Notes: a model not told the origin generated them from the sequence alone. DNA of 64,000 bases from Phycisphaeraceae bacterium (GCA_040905565.1 JBBDRF010000063.1:1-64000), one strand, 5' to 3'; shown: positions 9,116 through 19,361, counted from the first letter of the stretch. Made by a program: numbers and translations.

Positions 9116-10135
9116 ATGGCTGAGCATGCGGTGGTATTGATTCCCGGCGACGGCATCGGACCGGAAGTGGCAGCGGCGGTGCGGCGAATCCTGGACGCAG
9201 CGGGCGCACCGTTGCGATGGATCGAACGCCAGGCGGGCCTCGCCGCACTGGAGGCCGGAGCGGAGGTGCTGCCCGCCGAAACCGTCGACGCCATCCGCGA
9301 ACATCACGTCGCGCTCAAGGGTCCCTGCACCACGCCCGTCGGTGAAGGGTTCAAGTCGATCAACGTTCAGCTGAGGCAGACGCTGAACCTCTACGCAGCC
9401 GTGCGCCCGGTGCGGAGCCTGGAGGGCGTACCGACGCGGTTTGAGAATGTCGACATGGTCGTCGTCCGTGAGAACACGGAGGGCCTGTACAGCGGCGTGG
9501 AAAACGAGATCACGCCCGGCGTCGTCACCAGCCTCAAGGTCGCCACCGAGAAGGGCTGCCGACGCATCGCCCGCTACGCCTTTGAATACGCCAGGCGGAC
9601 CGGCCGTAAGAAGGTGACCGTCTTCCACAAAGCCAACATCATGAAGCTGACCGACGGGCTGTTCATTCGAACGGCGCAGCAGGTCCACGCCGACTACAGC
9701 GATATCGCGTATGAGGAAGTCATCATCGACGCCGGCTGCATGAAGATCGTGCAGGATCCGACGCAGTTCGATGTGTTGCTGATGGAGAACCTCTACGGCG
9801 ACGTCGTCAGCGATCTGTGTGCGGGCCTCGTCGGCGGCCTCGGCGTGGTGCCCGGTGCGAATATGGGCGAAGAAATGGCGGTGTTCGAAGCGGTGCACGG
9901 CTCCGCGCCCGACATCGCCGGCAAGGACATGGCCAACCCCCTGGCGCTGCTGATGAGCGGCGTGATGATGCTCAACCACCTCGCCACCAGCCGCGACGAT
10001 GCCGACTGCCGCGCCGTCGCGAAGAAGGTCAAGCAGGCCTACAACCAGACCCTCGCCGACGGTCAGAAGACGCGCGACATCGGCGGCGACCTTGGGACTA
10101 GCGCCTGGGCCGACGCCGTCATCGAACGGTTGTAA
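9116..10135 (+). CDS. Isocitrate/isopropylmalate dehydrogenase family, probably NAD-dependent IDH
   Basis: IPGDGIGPE, ALKGP, SINVQLR, RENTEGLY, NLYGD, FEAVHGSAPDIAG. Confidence 0.88.
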   Translation: MAEHAVVLIPGDGIGPEVAAAVRRILDAAGAPLRWIERQAGLAALEAGAEVLPAETVDAIREHHVALKGPCTTPVGEGFKSINVQLRQTLNLYAAVRPVRSLEGVPTRFENVDMVVVRENTEGLYSGVENEITPGVVTSLKVATEKGCRRIARYAFEYARRTGRKKVTVFHKANIMKLTDGLFIRTAQQVHADYSDIAYEEVIIDAGCMKIVQDPTQFDVLLMENLYGDVVSDLCAGLVGGLGVVPGANMGEEMAVFEAVHGSAPDIAGKDMANPLALLMSGVMMLNHLATSRDDADCRAVAKKVKQAYNQTLADGQKTRDIGGDLGTSAWADAVIERL

Positions 10136-10147
10136 AGACGGCCACGA

Positions 10148-10283
10148 TACGAGCCGCGACCGTAAGGGAGCGGTCCGGCGTTCGACCTCCACAGGCCGGC
10201 CCCGATGCTGTGTAAGCGCTTACTTTCGCCTGCAACGTTCCGCGTTCCCGTCACCCAACCGCTCCCTCACGGTCGCGGCTCGT
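10148..10283. repeat. Inverted pair of REP-like family A copies (10148-10180 and 10258-10283) between convergent genes
   Basis: acgagccgcgaccgtaagggagcggt ... accgctccctcacggtcgcggctcgt. Confidence 0.85.
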
Positions 10284-10309
10284 TATCAACGTTGCGACGG
10301 GCTTGAAGC

Positions 10310-10711
10310 CTACGGTTCCAGGCAGAAAGTGATCAGCGCCTTCGTGGGTTGATCGGCTTCGATGTCGTGCTTCACGTTCGGCTTGAGCGCCATGATCGAG
10401 CCCGGCTTCAGCGTGTGCGATTGGCTGGCGTGGACGGTCAGGCGCCCTTCGAGCACGTGGATGGTGGTATTGCCATCGAGCACGTGGTCGGGAATCTTCG
10501 ACCCTTCGTTGAAGCAGAAAAGCCCGACGGTCATCGGCCCGTGTCGAAATATCGCCATCTCCCGGTGGCCCTGGTGGCGCGGCTCATCGGGCTCGCGCAC
10601 CAGGTCGGCCGCGGCCTGTTCGATGTCGAAAACCTGTTCATCCTCGGCAAAGCGGACCGAGGGATGTTCCCGCAGGCGTGATGAACCGTCAGGCATCGCA
10701 GTCTCCATCAA
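10310..10711 (-). CDS. Cupin domain protein
   Basis: F..GSKIPDH, IHVLEG.L, LKPNVKHDIEA; true start may be 10696. Confidence 0.8.
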   Translation of the reverse strand: MMETAMPDGSSRLREHPSVRFAEDEQVFDIEQAAADLVREPDEPRHQGHREMAIFRHGPMTVGLFCFNEGSKIPDHVLDGNTTIHVLEGRLTVHASQSHTLKPGSIMALKPNVKHDIEADQPTKALITFCLEP

Positions 10712-10717
10712 GTGAAA

Positions 10718-10951
10718 TCAAACTCTGTCGCGAGCGTTGTGGACGCCGACGCTCTCGGCACAATGGGCGCAACAGAAGAAACGCCCTTCGCCTTCGATGC
10801 CGTGACCGATGATGCGGCAGTTGCAGTGGCCGCAACGCGGTGCCATCGATTCAATGGCGCATTCGAAGCTGTCGAAGGTGTGCGCTTCGCCGTGCTGCAC
10901 AACGTCGAAGGTTTTGTCGTAATCGTTTCCGCAGGTTTCACAACGTGGCAT
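10718..10951 (-). CDS. Small Cys/His-rich metal-binding protein (metallothionein/TRASH-like)
   Basis: CETC, FDSFECA, CGHCNC, FCCAHC in 77 aa. Confidence 0.75.
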   Translation of the reverse strand: MPRCETCGNDYDKTFDVVQHGEAHTFDSFECAIESMAPRCGHCNCRIIGHGIEGEGRFFCCAHCAESVGVHNARDRV

Positions 10952-11102
10952 GAGATAGTCCCCCTTTTCCCAGAAGTATAGGCAAGGACTCGGCGGGGTT
11001 GCGGTCGCACGCCGTTCCGAGCTGGAGGGCGTTGTAGCGCCCTGGATCGGTTATAATGCAGAAACTGAAAATTGCCGTACGCGGCGCAACGAAAGGATAG
11101 TG

Positions 11103-12341
11103 ATGAGCAGAGTTACCGGATTTTCGACCGTTCTGATGGCCGCAATGGTGGTGGGAATGGTCGCGGCATCGCCCGTGCAGGCCGAGGATGTCGATCGCGC
11201 CAGGCAGGTGCTTGATCGCATGGCGGCACATTACGGCACGCTTGATGATGTCAGCTACGAGCTGCGGATGCATTCAAAGCAGAAGGTTGGGCCTCAGGAG
11301 ATGGAGCGCGAGGTTCTGATGGACGTCAAGCTCAGGCAGCCGAACTCGGTCAGCCTTGATGTTCGCAACGCAGAAGCGCCGGGGGAGCCGAGCTTTCAAA
11401 TTCGATCCGACGGCGAATCGCTCGGCGTCTTCCACGGTGAGCAGAACCGCTACAGCGTTGAGGATGCTCCCGAGTCGCTCGAGGCGCTCACCTCCTCACC
11501 GCTGCTGATGCAGGCCACGCAGGGATTGCTGGCTTTGGCGATCGCGCCGCTGACGGACGAACCCCTCGGCGAAATGCTCAGCGATGCCGACTCGATGACC
11601 TTCGCCGGCACGCGTGAGTTCGAAGGCACCGAGTACGACGTGGTGCGGCTGGAGAACGAGGGCGCCTTCGCCTTCGATCTGTACCTGACGCAGGGCGACA
11701 CCCCCCGGCTGCGGCAGGTGGTAATCGATCTCTCAGCTGCGGTGGCGCAGGCACAGGCGGCAGGCCAGCCGATCGAGTCCGCTGAGGCTTCATTCCAGAT
11801 CAACAACTGGCAGGCGAACACGGGTCTGGACGATGCCGCTTTTGCCTTCACCGCTCCGGAAGGCGCGGAGGAAGTGGCGTCGCTGACCGAGCGTCCCAAG
11901 CATCCGCTGACCGGCAGCGAAGCGAGTGCGTTTGAGCTTGAGGAGATGGGCGGTGAGAACCGCACGCTTGCCGCTCACGCCGGGAAGGACATCGTGATCC
12001 TCGATTTCTGGGCGACATGGTGCGGCCCGTGCGTCAGCGCGATGCCTTTGATTCTGGAGGTCGCTTCGGAGAACAAAGACAACAACGTGGTGCTTTACGC
12101 GGTGAACCAGCGCGAAACCGAAGAAGAGGTGCAGGCGTTCCTTGAAGAGCACGGCATGGACATCGACCATGTGCTGATGGATCGCCAGGGCCAAGTCGCG
12201 CAGAGCTACGGCGTGGAGGGCATTCCGCAGACGGTCGTCATCGGCAAGGACGGGAAAATCCACAACATTCATGTGGGCTTCTCGCCTGACCTGAAGAAGC
12301 GTCTGCAGGCGGACATCGAAGAACTGCTCGCCGCCGAGTAA
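11103..12341 (+). CDS. Secreted LolA-like (DUF2092-type) domain plus TlpA/ResA thioredoxin
   Basis: Signal peptide, FAFTAPEGA, then LDFWATWCGPC and GIPQT. Confidence 0.82.
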   Translation: MSRVTGFSTVLMAAMVVGMVAASPVQAEDVDRARQVLDRMAAHYGTLDDVSYELRMHSKQKVGPQEMEREVLMDVKLRQPNSVSLDVRNAEAPGEPSFQIRSDGESLGVFHGEQNRYSVEDAPESLEALTSSPLLMQATQGLLALAIAPLTDEPLGEMLSDADSMTFAGTREFEGTEYDVVRLENEGAFAFDLYLTQGDTPRLRQVVIDLSAAVAQAQAAGQPIESAEASFQINNWQANTGLDDAAFAFTAPEGAEEVASLTERPKHPLTGSEASAFELEEMGGENRTLAAHAGKDIVILDFWATWCGPCVSAMPLILEVASENKDNNVVLYAVNQRETEEEVQAFLEEHGMDIDHVLMDRQGQVAQSYGVEGIPQTVVIGKDGKIHNIHVGFSPDLKKRLQADIEELLAAE

Positions 12342-12368
12342 GCCGACGCCCGTTGTATTGATCGATCG

Positions 12369-12404
12369 GAGGCTCACGTTCTCAGAACGTGGGCCTCTTT
12401 TTTT
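12369..12404 (+). terminator. Rho-independent terminator
   Basis: gaggctcacgttc-tca-gaacgtgggcctc followed by T7. Confidence 0.8.
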
Positions 12405-12414
12405 GTGTGGGGGA

Positions 12415-13893
12415 TCAGCGTTTGGGCCAGGTTTCCAGCAGGTGCGTGAGGAGCCTGACGCCGAAGCCGGTGGGGCCGGGCGTGTAGATGGGGTGAGGCC
12501 GATCGCTGGTGGCGGTGCCGGCAATGTCGAGATGGACCCATTTGTCGGTCGGCTGCACGAAGCGTTCGAGGAAGGCTGCGGCTGTGCAGGCGCCGCCGGC
12601 GCGGCCGAGGGGTGCGTTGACGACGTCGGCGTGGGTGGATTCCAGCGCGTCGCGATGTTCTTGCGTCAACGGCATGTGCCAGAGCTGTTCGCCGGATTTG
12701 CCGGCGGCGTCGCGGACGCGGTCACGCAGGGTGTCGTCGGCGCAGAAGAGGCCGGCCATGTGGTCGCCCAGCGCAGCCACGATCGCACCGGTGAGCGTGG
12801 CGAGATCGATGATGGCCGCGGGCTTGAACTTGCGGCTGGCGTAGTGCAGGGCGTCGGCGAGGACGAGGCGGCCCTCGGCGTCGGTGTTGGTGACTTCGAC
12901 GCTGACGCCGTTGGGGTATTCGAGGATGTCGTCGGGCCGATAGGCTTCGTCGGAGATGGCGTTTTCGGCGGCGGGCAGCAGGGCGATGACGTGGCAGGGC
13001 AGGTCGCGGTTGCGGATGGCGTGCATGGTGCCGAGCACGGCGGTGCCGCCGGACTTGTCGTACTTCATCGACCGCATGCCGTTGTTGATCTTCAGCGAAA
13101 GCCCGCCGGTGTCGAACGTGAGCGTCTTGCCGATCAGCACGACGGTCGGCGCGTTCGCCTTCTTGCTGCGATACTCAAGCTGAATCATGCAAGGCTTGTG
13201 ATCCGAAGCCTGACCGACGTTGATGAGCCCGACGAACTTGTTTTTCTTGAGCGCGTCGCCTCGGAAGACGGTGCACTTGAGGCGGCTGCCCTTGCCCGAC
13301 GCAAGCTTCTTCGCCTGGTCGGCGATGTAGTAAGGGGTCGCGACGTTGGGCGGGGTGGCTTGCAGTTCACGCGCGAAGTTGGTCGATTCAGCGAGGGCGG
13401 CCCCTTCGCCGATAGCGCGGCGTGTCGCGGCGTCAGCGCTGCGCAGTGTCAGCGTGGTCGGCTTGGCGTTGCCGTTCTTCTTGAAGCGTTCGTAGCGGAA
13501 GGCCGCGAGGCCGAGGCCCTCGGTGAAGGCGGAGGCGACGGTCTTCGCATCAAGCGTCTTCTTCACTGTGGGCGACAGCACCAGTTCCACGCTCGCCAGT
13601 TGCCTTGCATGCAAAGCAGCGGTCACCTTGCCGGCGGCCACGCGCACGATCTGTGGATCGTTCTTCTCGGTCTCGCCGATGCTGAGCACGATCACGCGGT
13701 CGCGCCCTTCGCCGATCTCCACGAAGCTGCCGACGTCGCCGGTGAACTCCGGCCGTTTGCGGGCGGTTTCGAATGCCTTGGCAAGGCGGTCATCTTCCGG
13801 ACGATCGGCGGCGGTGACCCGTTTGAGCTTCGGCACGAGAAGGATGGTCGCGTCGATCGAGCCGGGCTTGCCGCTGCGGAGTGTCGTGTTCAT
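12415..13893 (-). CDS. pepA: Leucyl aminopeptidase (M17)
   Basis: GKTLTFDTGG, MKYDKSG, NTDAEGRL, DLATLTG, HLDIAG. Confidence 0.92.
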   Translation of the reverse strand: MNTTLRSGKPGSIDATILLVPKLKRVTAADRPEDDRLAKAFETARKRPEFTGDVGSFVEIGEGRDRVIVLSIGETEKNDPQIVRVAAGKVTAALHARQLASVELVLSPTVKKTLDAKTVASAFTEGLGLAAFRYERFKKNGNAKPTTLTLRSADAATRRAIGEGAALAESTNFARELQATPPNVATPYYIADQAKKLASGKGSRLKCTVFRGDALKKNKFVGLINVGQASDHKPCMIQLEYRSKKANAPTVVLIGKTLTFDTGGLSLKINNGMRSMKYDKSGGTAVLGTMHAIRNRDLPCHVIALLPAAENAISDEAYRPDDILEYPNGVSVEVTNTDAEGRLVLADALHYASRKFKPAAIIDLATLTGAIVAALGDHMAGLFCADDTLRDRVRDAAGKSGEQLWHMPLTQEHRDALESTHADVVNAPLGRAGGACTAAAFLERFVQPTDKWVHLDIAGTATSDRPHPIYTPGPTGFGVRLLTHLLETWPKR

Positions 13894-13959
13894 TTTTTTT
13901 GCGTTCGAAAACATTATCGGGCGATCGAAGATCGCCGATGACGTGGTCTCAGTAGCGGG

Positions 13960-13991
13960 CGCCGGACCGCTCCCTTACGGTCGCGGCTCGT
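13960..13991 (-). repeat. REP-like family A copy
   Basis: cgccggaccgctcccttacggtcgcggctcgt, identical to copy 1. Confidence 0.85.
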
Positions 13992-14023
13992 GGTCGGGCG
14001 CGCGCCGCAAACGGTGGGGGGGG

Positions 14024-15811
14024 TCAGCCGTCGGGTTGAAGGACGCTCATGAACGCCTTCTGGGGGATGTCGACGGAACCGACGCGTTTCATGCGTTTCT
14101 TGCCGGCTTTCTGCTTCTCCAGCAGTTTTCGCTTTCGGCTGACGTCGCCGCCGTAGCACTTGGCGGTGACGTTTTTGCCCATGCTCTTGATGGTTTCGCG
14201 GGCGATGACCTTGCCGCCGATGGCCGCCTGGAGGGGGATCTCGAACTGGTGACGTTCGATCTCTTTCTTGAGCTTGACCAGCAGGCTGCGGCCGCGCTGC
14301 TCGGCTTTGTCGCGATGGCAGATGAGGCTGAGCGCGTCGACGGGGTTGCCGTTAATGAGCACGGAAACTTTAACGAGGTTGTCTTTTCGGTAGCCGACCA
14401 GTTCGTAATCCATGGTGCCGTAGCCGCGCGTCATGGATTTGAGCTTGTCGTAGAAGTCGAAAATAATCTCGCCCAGCGGCAGTTCGTACTCGAGAATCTG
14501 GCGGGTCTTCGAGAGGAACTGCTGCTTGCGGTAGGTGCCACGGCGGGCTTCGCAGAGCTTCATGATGTCGCCGAGGTGTTCGGACGGCGTGATGAATTCG
14601 ACGTGGACGATGGGCTCGCGGATTTCCTGCACGTGCGTCGGGTCGGGCAGTTCGGCGGGGTTGTGGATCTCGAAGACGGAGCCGTCGGTGTGGAGCACTT
14701 CGTAGGTGACGGTGGGCGCGGTCTGGACGATATCCATGTGGCCTTCGCGTTCGAGGCGTTCCTGGATGATGTCCATGTGTAGCAGGCCGAGGAATCCACA
14801 GCGGAAGCCGAAGCCGAGCGCTTCGTTGGATTCGGGGGCGTAGGTGAACGAAGCGTCGTTGAGGTGCAGGCGGGTGATGGCTTTGCGGAGGTCTTCGAAG
14901 TCGCTGCCGCCGGTGGGGTAGAAATCGCAGAAGACGACGCGTTGGGGTTCGCGGTAGCCGGGCAGGGGCTCGTCCGCGGGGTGAACGTCGCTGGTGATCG
15001 TGTCGCCGATGTTCACTTCGTCGAGCGTCTTGATGGCGGAAACGACGAAGCCGACTTCGCCCGCTTCGAGCCGCTGCACGCGGACGGGCTTCGGCGTGTT
15101 CTTGCCGAGCTCGGTGATATTGTACGTTCGGCCGGTGCCCATCATGCGGATGCGATCGCCGACATTAAGGGCGCCGTTGAACACGCGGACATACGTCACC
15201 ACGCCTCGATAGTCGTCGTAAACGCTGTCGAAGATGAGCGCCTGGGCTTTGGCGTCGACGGTGCCGGTGGGGCCGGGCAGCTGTTCGCAGAGGGCGCTGA
15301 GCAGTTCGGGGATGCCGAGGCCGCTCTTGGCGGAGCAGCGCAGACAGGTGAGCGCATCGAAGCCGAGGACGGCTTCGAGTTCGTCGGCGATCTCGTCGGG
15401 GCGGGCGGCGGGGAGGTCGACTTTGTTGAGCACGGGGATGATATCGAGATCCTGCTCGATGGCGGCGTAGGCGTTGGCGACGGTCTGGGCCTCGACGCCC
15501 TGGGCAGCATCAACGACCAGCAGGGCACCTTCGCACGCTTTCAGGGCTCGGGAGACTTCGTAGTGAAAATCGACGTGGCCGGGCGTGTCGATAAAGTTGA
15601 GCATGTACTGCTCACCTTTGTGCTCGTGGAGCACTGTGACAGCCGAGGCCTTGATCGTGATGCCGCGTTCACGTTCAAGGTCCATTTCGTCAAGCATCTG
15701 GCCGTGCATCTCCCGCTCGGTGATGGCACCGGCGGATTGGAGGATGCGGTCGGCCAGCGTGCTCTTGCCGTGGTCGATATGCGCGATGATGGAAAAGTTT
15801 CGGATCTTCAT
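14024..15811 (-). CDS. lepA: Elongation factor 4 (LepA)
   Basis: IRNFSIIAHIDHGKSTLAD, DTPGHVDF, GFRCGFLGLLH, KCYGGDVSRKRKLLEKQK. Confidence 0.97.
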   Translation of the reverse strand: MKIRNFSIIAHIDHGKSTLADRILQSAGAITEREMHGQMLDEMDLERERGITIKASAVTVLHEHKGEQYMLNFIDTPGHVDFHYEVSRALKACEGALLVVDAAQGVEAQTVANAYAAIEQDLDIIPVLNKVDLPAARPDEIADELEAVLGFDALTCLRCSAKSGLGIPELLSALCEQLPGPTGTVDAKAQALIFDSVYDDYRGVVTYVRVFNGALNVGDRIRMMGTGRTYNITELGKNTPKPVRVQRLEAGEVGFVVSAIKTLDEVNIGDTITSDVHPADEPLPGYREPQRVVFCDFYPTGGSDFEDLRKAITRLHLNDASFTYAPESNEALGFGFRCGFLGLLHMDIIQERLEREGHMDIVQTAPTVTYEVLHTDGSVFEIHNPAELPDPTHVQEIREPIVHVEFITPSEHLGDIMKLCEARRGTYRKQQFLSKTRQILEYELPLGEIIFDFYDKLKSMTRGYGTMDYELVGYRKDNLVKVSVLINGNPVDALSLICHRDKAEQRGRSLLVKLKKEIERHQFEIPLQAAIGGKVIARETIKSMGKNVTAKCYGGDVSRKRKLLEKQKAGKKRMKRVGSVDIPQKAFMSVLQPDG

Positions 15812-15977
15812 GGTGTTCTGAGTCGAGCATTTTAGCACGCTCAAGGTCTTACCGCACGTGGCGTGTTGGCGGACGCGTTGTGGGCGGTTGGTGAATGCGG
15901 CGGTGCGCGCGCTGAAAACCCCGGGTTGGGCCGAGGCTCAACCGCGGGGCTTGGGAAGGGTGGGGCAGGGTAAGCGG

Positions 15978-16274
15978 TTAGAAGCCTTGCTCGTCTTCGA
16001 AGGGGTGATCGTTGCCGCCGGCGTCCTGCTCGAGCATTTTGCGGAGGTAGCCGTTCTCGCGGCGGGTGGCTTCAAGATCGAACATCAGGTACTTGATAGA
16101 CAGGCGAAGGTAGTCCAGGCTTTCCTGAAGATCGCTGACCGTTCGGCGGATCTTCTTATGGCGGCTCTGCGTCTGGTGGGCCAGCTTCTCAAGCTTCTCG
16201 CGCTCGCTCGGCGGCAGCGTCGAAATCTCGCCCATCAACTCCGCAAGCTTCGTCTGAAAAATCTTCTCGTCCAT
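15978..16274 (-). CDS. Small coiled-coil hypothetical protein of a type seen in planctomycetes
   Basis: LQESLDYLRLSIKYLMFDLEATRRENGYLRKMLE; SD-like gagga; family recognised from memory only. Confidence 0.75.
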   Translation of the reverse strand: MDEKIFQTKLAELMGEISTLPPSEREKLEKLAHQTQSRHKKIRRTVSDLQESLDYLRLSIKYLMFDLEATRRENGYLRKMLEQDAGGNDHPFEDEQGF

Positions 16275-16528
16275 ATCTTTGCGTCCTCTTCGGCTAATCA
16301 GTTTCGTGCGACAGCCTGAAGAGGAACAAGGACGCTGCCAACGCGGATGCCGGGAGGAGGGTTGTCTGTAAATGTCTATCGTTGTGACTGTTAACGAGTT
16401 TGTGTGGTGGGTCGGCGCATTGCCGACCGTGCCGGATGTTGTTCTGGCACAACATCAAGGTGGGGCGGGTGGTGGTGTGAGCACCACGGAGGCGTTGGCG
16501 ATGTTAGCCAACCAGGCGCACCGTCAAT

Positions 16529-16559
16529 AACGAGCCGCGACCGTAAGGGAGCGGACCGG
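16529..16559 (+). repeat. REP-like family A copy
   Basis: aacgagccgcgaccgtaagggagcggaccgg. Confidence 0.82.
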
Positions 16560-16677
16560 TGCCAGGCTTTGGCGCGGATCGGGACAGCTGTGTCGCCATC
16601 CGGCCGGCGTACGACGGCGTGCGCAAAGGTTGAACGCACATCCGCGGCTCGTATCGACGCAAAGGGGCGTCGCAGGC

Positions 16678-17592
16678 TCACTGCTCGATGCGGGGGTCGA
16701 CGAGGTGATAGGCGACGTCGACGAGGAGGTTGAACACGATCAGCAGCGTGGCGTAGACGAGGACGACGCCCATGATCAGGAACAGGTCCTTGTTGATCAC
16801 CGCGGCGACGAAGTGCTCGCCCATGCCGGGGATGTTGAAGACTTCTTCGACGACGAACGAGCCGGTCATCGCAGCGGCGGCTGCGGGGCCAAGAAAACTC
16901 AGCACCGGCAAAAACGCCACCTTCAGCGCATGCACCCGAACCACGCGGCCCGGCGGCACACCCTTGGCGCGGGCGGTGCGGACGAAGTCGCTGTTGAGCA
17001 CTTCGATCATGCCCATGCGCGTCAGCCTGGCGATGTAGGCGGCGAACGGCAGCGAGAGCGTGATGGCCGGCAGGAGCATCTGCTGAGGTGAGCCCCAACC
17101 GACCGGGAGCCAACCGAGGTTCACCGTGAAGATCAGCAGCAGCAGTGAACCGGTCACGAAGGTCGGCAGGGAGATGCCGACCAGGGCCACAGCGAGTGTG
17201 GCATTATCCATCACACCCCCTTTACGCACGCTGCCGATCACGCCGGTGGTGACGCCGATGAGGACGGCGAAGAGGATGGCGCCGAGTCCGAGCTGGAGGC
17301 TGACGGGGAGGGCGCTGCCGATGATCTCACTGACGCGCCAATCTTTGGCGCGGAGGGAGGGGCCGAGGTCGCCCTGGAGGGCGTTGCCGAGGTACTCCCA
17401 GTAGAAGACCCACTGGTTGTCGAGGTTGTACTGGGCGAGCATGGCTTCGCGGATTTCGGGGGAGGGCTGGCGTGCGTCGTCCATCTCCAGCGGGTTGCCG
17501 GGGATCATCCACGCCAGCAGGAACGTGACGGTGTAGATGATCAGCAGCAGGAAGGGAAGCTGGACCAGTCGCCAGAAGATCAGTCGTGTCAT
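16678..17592 (-). CDS. oppB: Oligopeptide ABC transporter permease
   Basis: GDLGPS, ISLPTF, FVRTARAKG (EAA loop), VEEVFNIPGMG, DPRI. Confidence 0.88.
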   Translation of the reverse strand: MTRLIFWRLVQLPFLLLIIYTVTFLLAWMIPGNPLEMDDARQPSPEIREAMLAQYNLDNQWVFYWEYLGNALQGDLGPSLRAKDWRVSEIIGSALPVSLQLGLGAILFAVLIGVTTGVIGSVRKGGVMDNATLAVALVGISLPTFVTGSLLLLIFTVNLGWLPVGWGSPQQMLLPAITLSLPFAAYIARLTRMGMIEVLNSDFVRTARAKGVPPGRVVRVHALKVAFLPVLSFLGPAAAAAMTGSFVVEEVFNIPGMGEHFVAAVINKDLFLIMGVVLVYATLLIVFNLLVDVAYHLVDPRIEQ

Positions 17593-19361
17593 GGCTGCAC
17601 CTCCGCCTGTTCTGTGGCGGGGGCGGAGCCGGGGCCTCGCATGTGTTTGTACATTTGCAGGTTTCGCGGGTGCATGCTGACGCCCTGGACTTCGTCGGGG
17701 TCGAACAGGTGGGAGACGCGGTAGACGTAGATGGGGACGATGGGGACGACTTCCTCGAGCATGTAGCGTTCGGCCTCGGCGAGCAGTTCCAGACGTTCTT
17801 CCGGATCGCGTTCGGCCTCGGCTTCATCGAGCAGCGCATCGTAATGTTCGTCGGCCATGAAGGAGTTGTTGTGCGGGTTGCCGCTCCGCAGCAGGTCGAG
17901 CATGGTGGTGGGATCGCTGTAGTCGCCGAACCAGCCGTTGCGGGCGATGTGGAAGTCGCCCTGACGCCGGCGCTCCAGGAATGTGGGCCATTCCGAGGGT
18001 TCCAGGCCGATGCTGATGCCCAACTCCTGCTGCCACGCCCGGCTGACGACCTGGGCGACGCGCTCATGGCCGCCGCCTGTGTTGTAGGTGAGTGTCAGGG
18101 GCGGGAAGCCTTCCCCGTCTGGATAGCCGGCCTCGGCGAGCAGCTCGCGCGCCTGGTCGGGATCGTAAGGTAAGCCGGCGGGGGAATCGTAACCTTCGAC
18201 GACGTCCGGCGGGACGAACGTGGTGGCGGGGCGCTGGTTCATCCGCGTCACGTTGCGACCGATCGGCTCCTTGGCCACGGACATGGCCAGGGCTTTGCGC
18301 ACACGCACATCGCGCATGGGGTTCTCGTCGACGTTCGGCACGTTCTCCTGCATGTTCATAGAGAAGTAGTAGGTGCCGAAGGCGCTGAAGGAGTGGACGT
18401 CGTTGCGCTCGCCACGCTCCTGGGCGTCGATCAGATCGGGCAGAAAGCTGAGCGGTTCGACGCCGACCGCCAGATCGATCATGCCGGATTCGTAGGCGAC
18501 GAAAAGGGGGGGATAATCGGAGAATCGAAGGAACTGAAGCGTTTCAAGGGCGACCTCGTCCACGTTCCAGTAGTGCTCATTGCGGGTCATGTAGATGTCG
18601 CGCTTGAAGCGCCAGTCGGTGAGTTCGAACGGCCCGTTGCTGACCATGCGGCCGGCTTTGATCCACTGCGGGTCCCGCCGCATCATGCCGGTGTCGGGGC
18701 TGATGGTGGTGACCGGCTCGACGACGTGACGCGGCAGCGGGAACAGAGGCCAGGTCGCCATGATCTCCAGGAAGTAGGGGACGTGGCGATCGGCCTCGAC
18801 GATGAGCGTGCGGTCGTCGATTTTCTCGACGCCGACGAGCTCGGCGAATTTCGCTTCCACCTCGTCGGCACGTTGCTGGGCTGCTTGAAGGCGCTCGGTC
18901 CGATCGTCAAACTCGCGCACCTCCGCAAGCGATTCGGTCGCCCAGTCGGTGAACGCTTCGCCGCCTTTGATGTAGTGGAGGAACTTCATGTAAGGCGGGG
19001 CGGTATCGGGCAGGAGGCCGACGCGCCAGGCGTAGATGAAGTCGTCCGCGGTGACGGGGTGGCCATCGGACCAGTGCGCGTTTTCGTTGAGGTGGAAGGT
19101 GAAGCGCAGGCCGGTGTCGTCGACTTCCCAGCTTTTTGCGACGCCGGGCTCGACAGCCATGGTGTAGGGGTTGAAGGTGACGATGCCTTCGAAGAGGGCG
19201 TAGGCCATGCGGACGTCTTCGCTGGCGCTGGTCACCTGCGGGTCGAGCGTCTGGATGGAGGTATAGCTGACGACCAGGTCGCCACGTGGCGAAGGCCGAT
19301 CGAGCATGGCGGAGCCGACGATCAGCGCGCCGAGCACCAGGAATGGAATCAGAATCTTCAT
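17589..19361 (-). CDS. oppA: Oligopeptide ABC transporter substrate-binding protein
   Basis: TLDP, PGVAKSWE, WSDGHPVTADDF.YAW, SNGPF, W.GDY.DP. Confidence 0.88.
   Translation of the reverse strand: MKILIPFLVLGALIVGSAMLDRPSPRGDLVVSYTSIQTLDPQVTSASEDVRMAYALFEGIVTFNPYTMAVEPGVAKSWEVDDTGLRFTFHLNENAHWSDGHPVTADDFIYAWRVGLLPDTAPPYMKFLHYIKGGEAFTDWATESLAEVREFDDRTERLQAAQQRADEVEAKFAELVGVEKIDDRTLIVEADRHVPYFLEIMATWPLFPLPRHVVEPVTTISPDTGMMRRDPQWIKAGRMVSNGPFELTDWRFKRDIYMTRNEHYWNVDEVALETLQFLRFSDYPPLFVAYESGMIDLAVGVEPLSFLPDLIDAQERGERNDVHSFSAFGTYYFSMNMQENVPNVDENPMRDVRVRKALAMSVAKEPIGRNVTRMNQRPATTFVPPDVVEGYDSPAGLPYDPDQARELLAEAGYPDGEGFPPLTLTYNTGGGHERVAQVVSRAWQQELGISIGLEPSEWPTFLERRRQGDFHIARNGWFGDYSDPTTMLDLLRSGNPHNNSFMADEHYDALLDEAEAERDPEERLELLAEAERYMLEEVVPIVPIYVYRVSHLFDPDEVQGVSMHPRNLQMYKHMRGPGSAPATEQAEVQP

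Noticed and set aside
16275..16300. GGACGCAAAG resembling a c-di-GMP-I riboswitch
   Set aside because: The upstream GGCAAAC/GAAA stem is missing and the ATG follows immediately, leaving no room for the second stem
3592..16559. CRISPR array built from the roughly 32-bp repeats
   Set aside because: Copies are kilobases apart in both orientations, with no regular spacers and no cas genes
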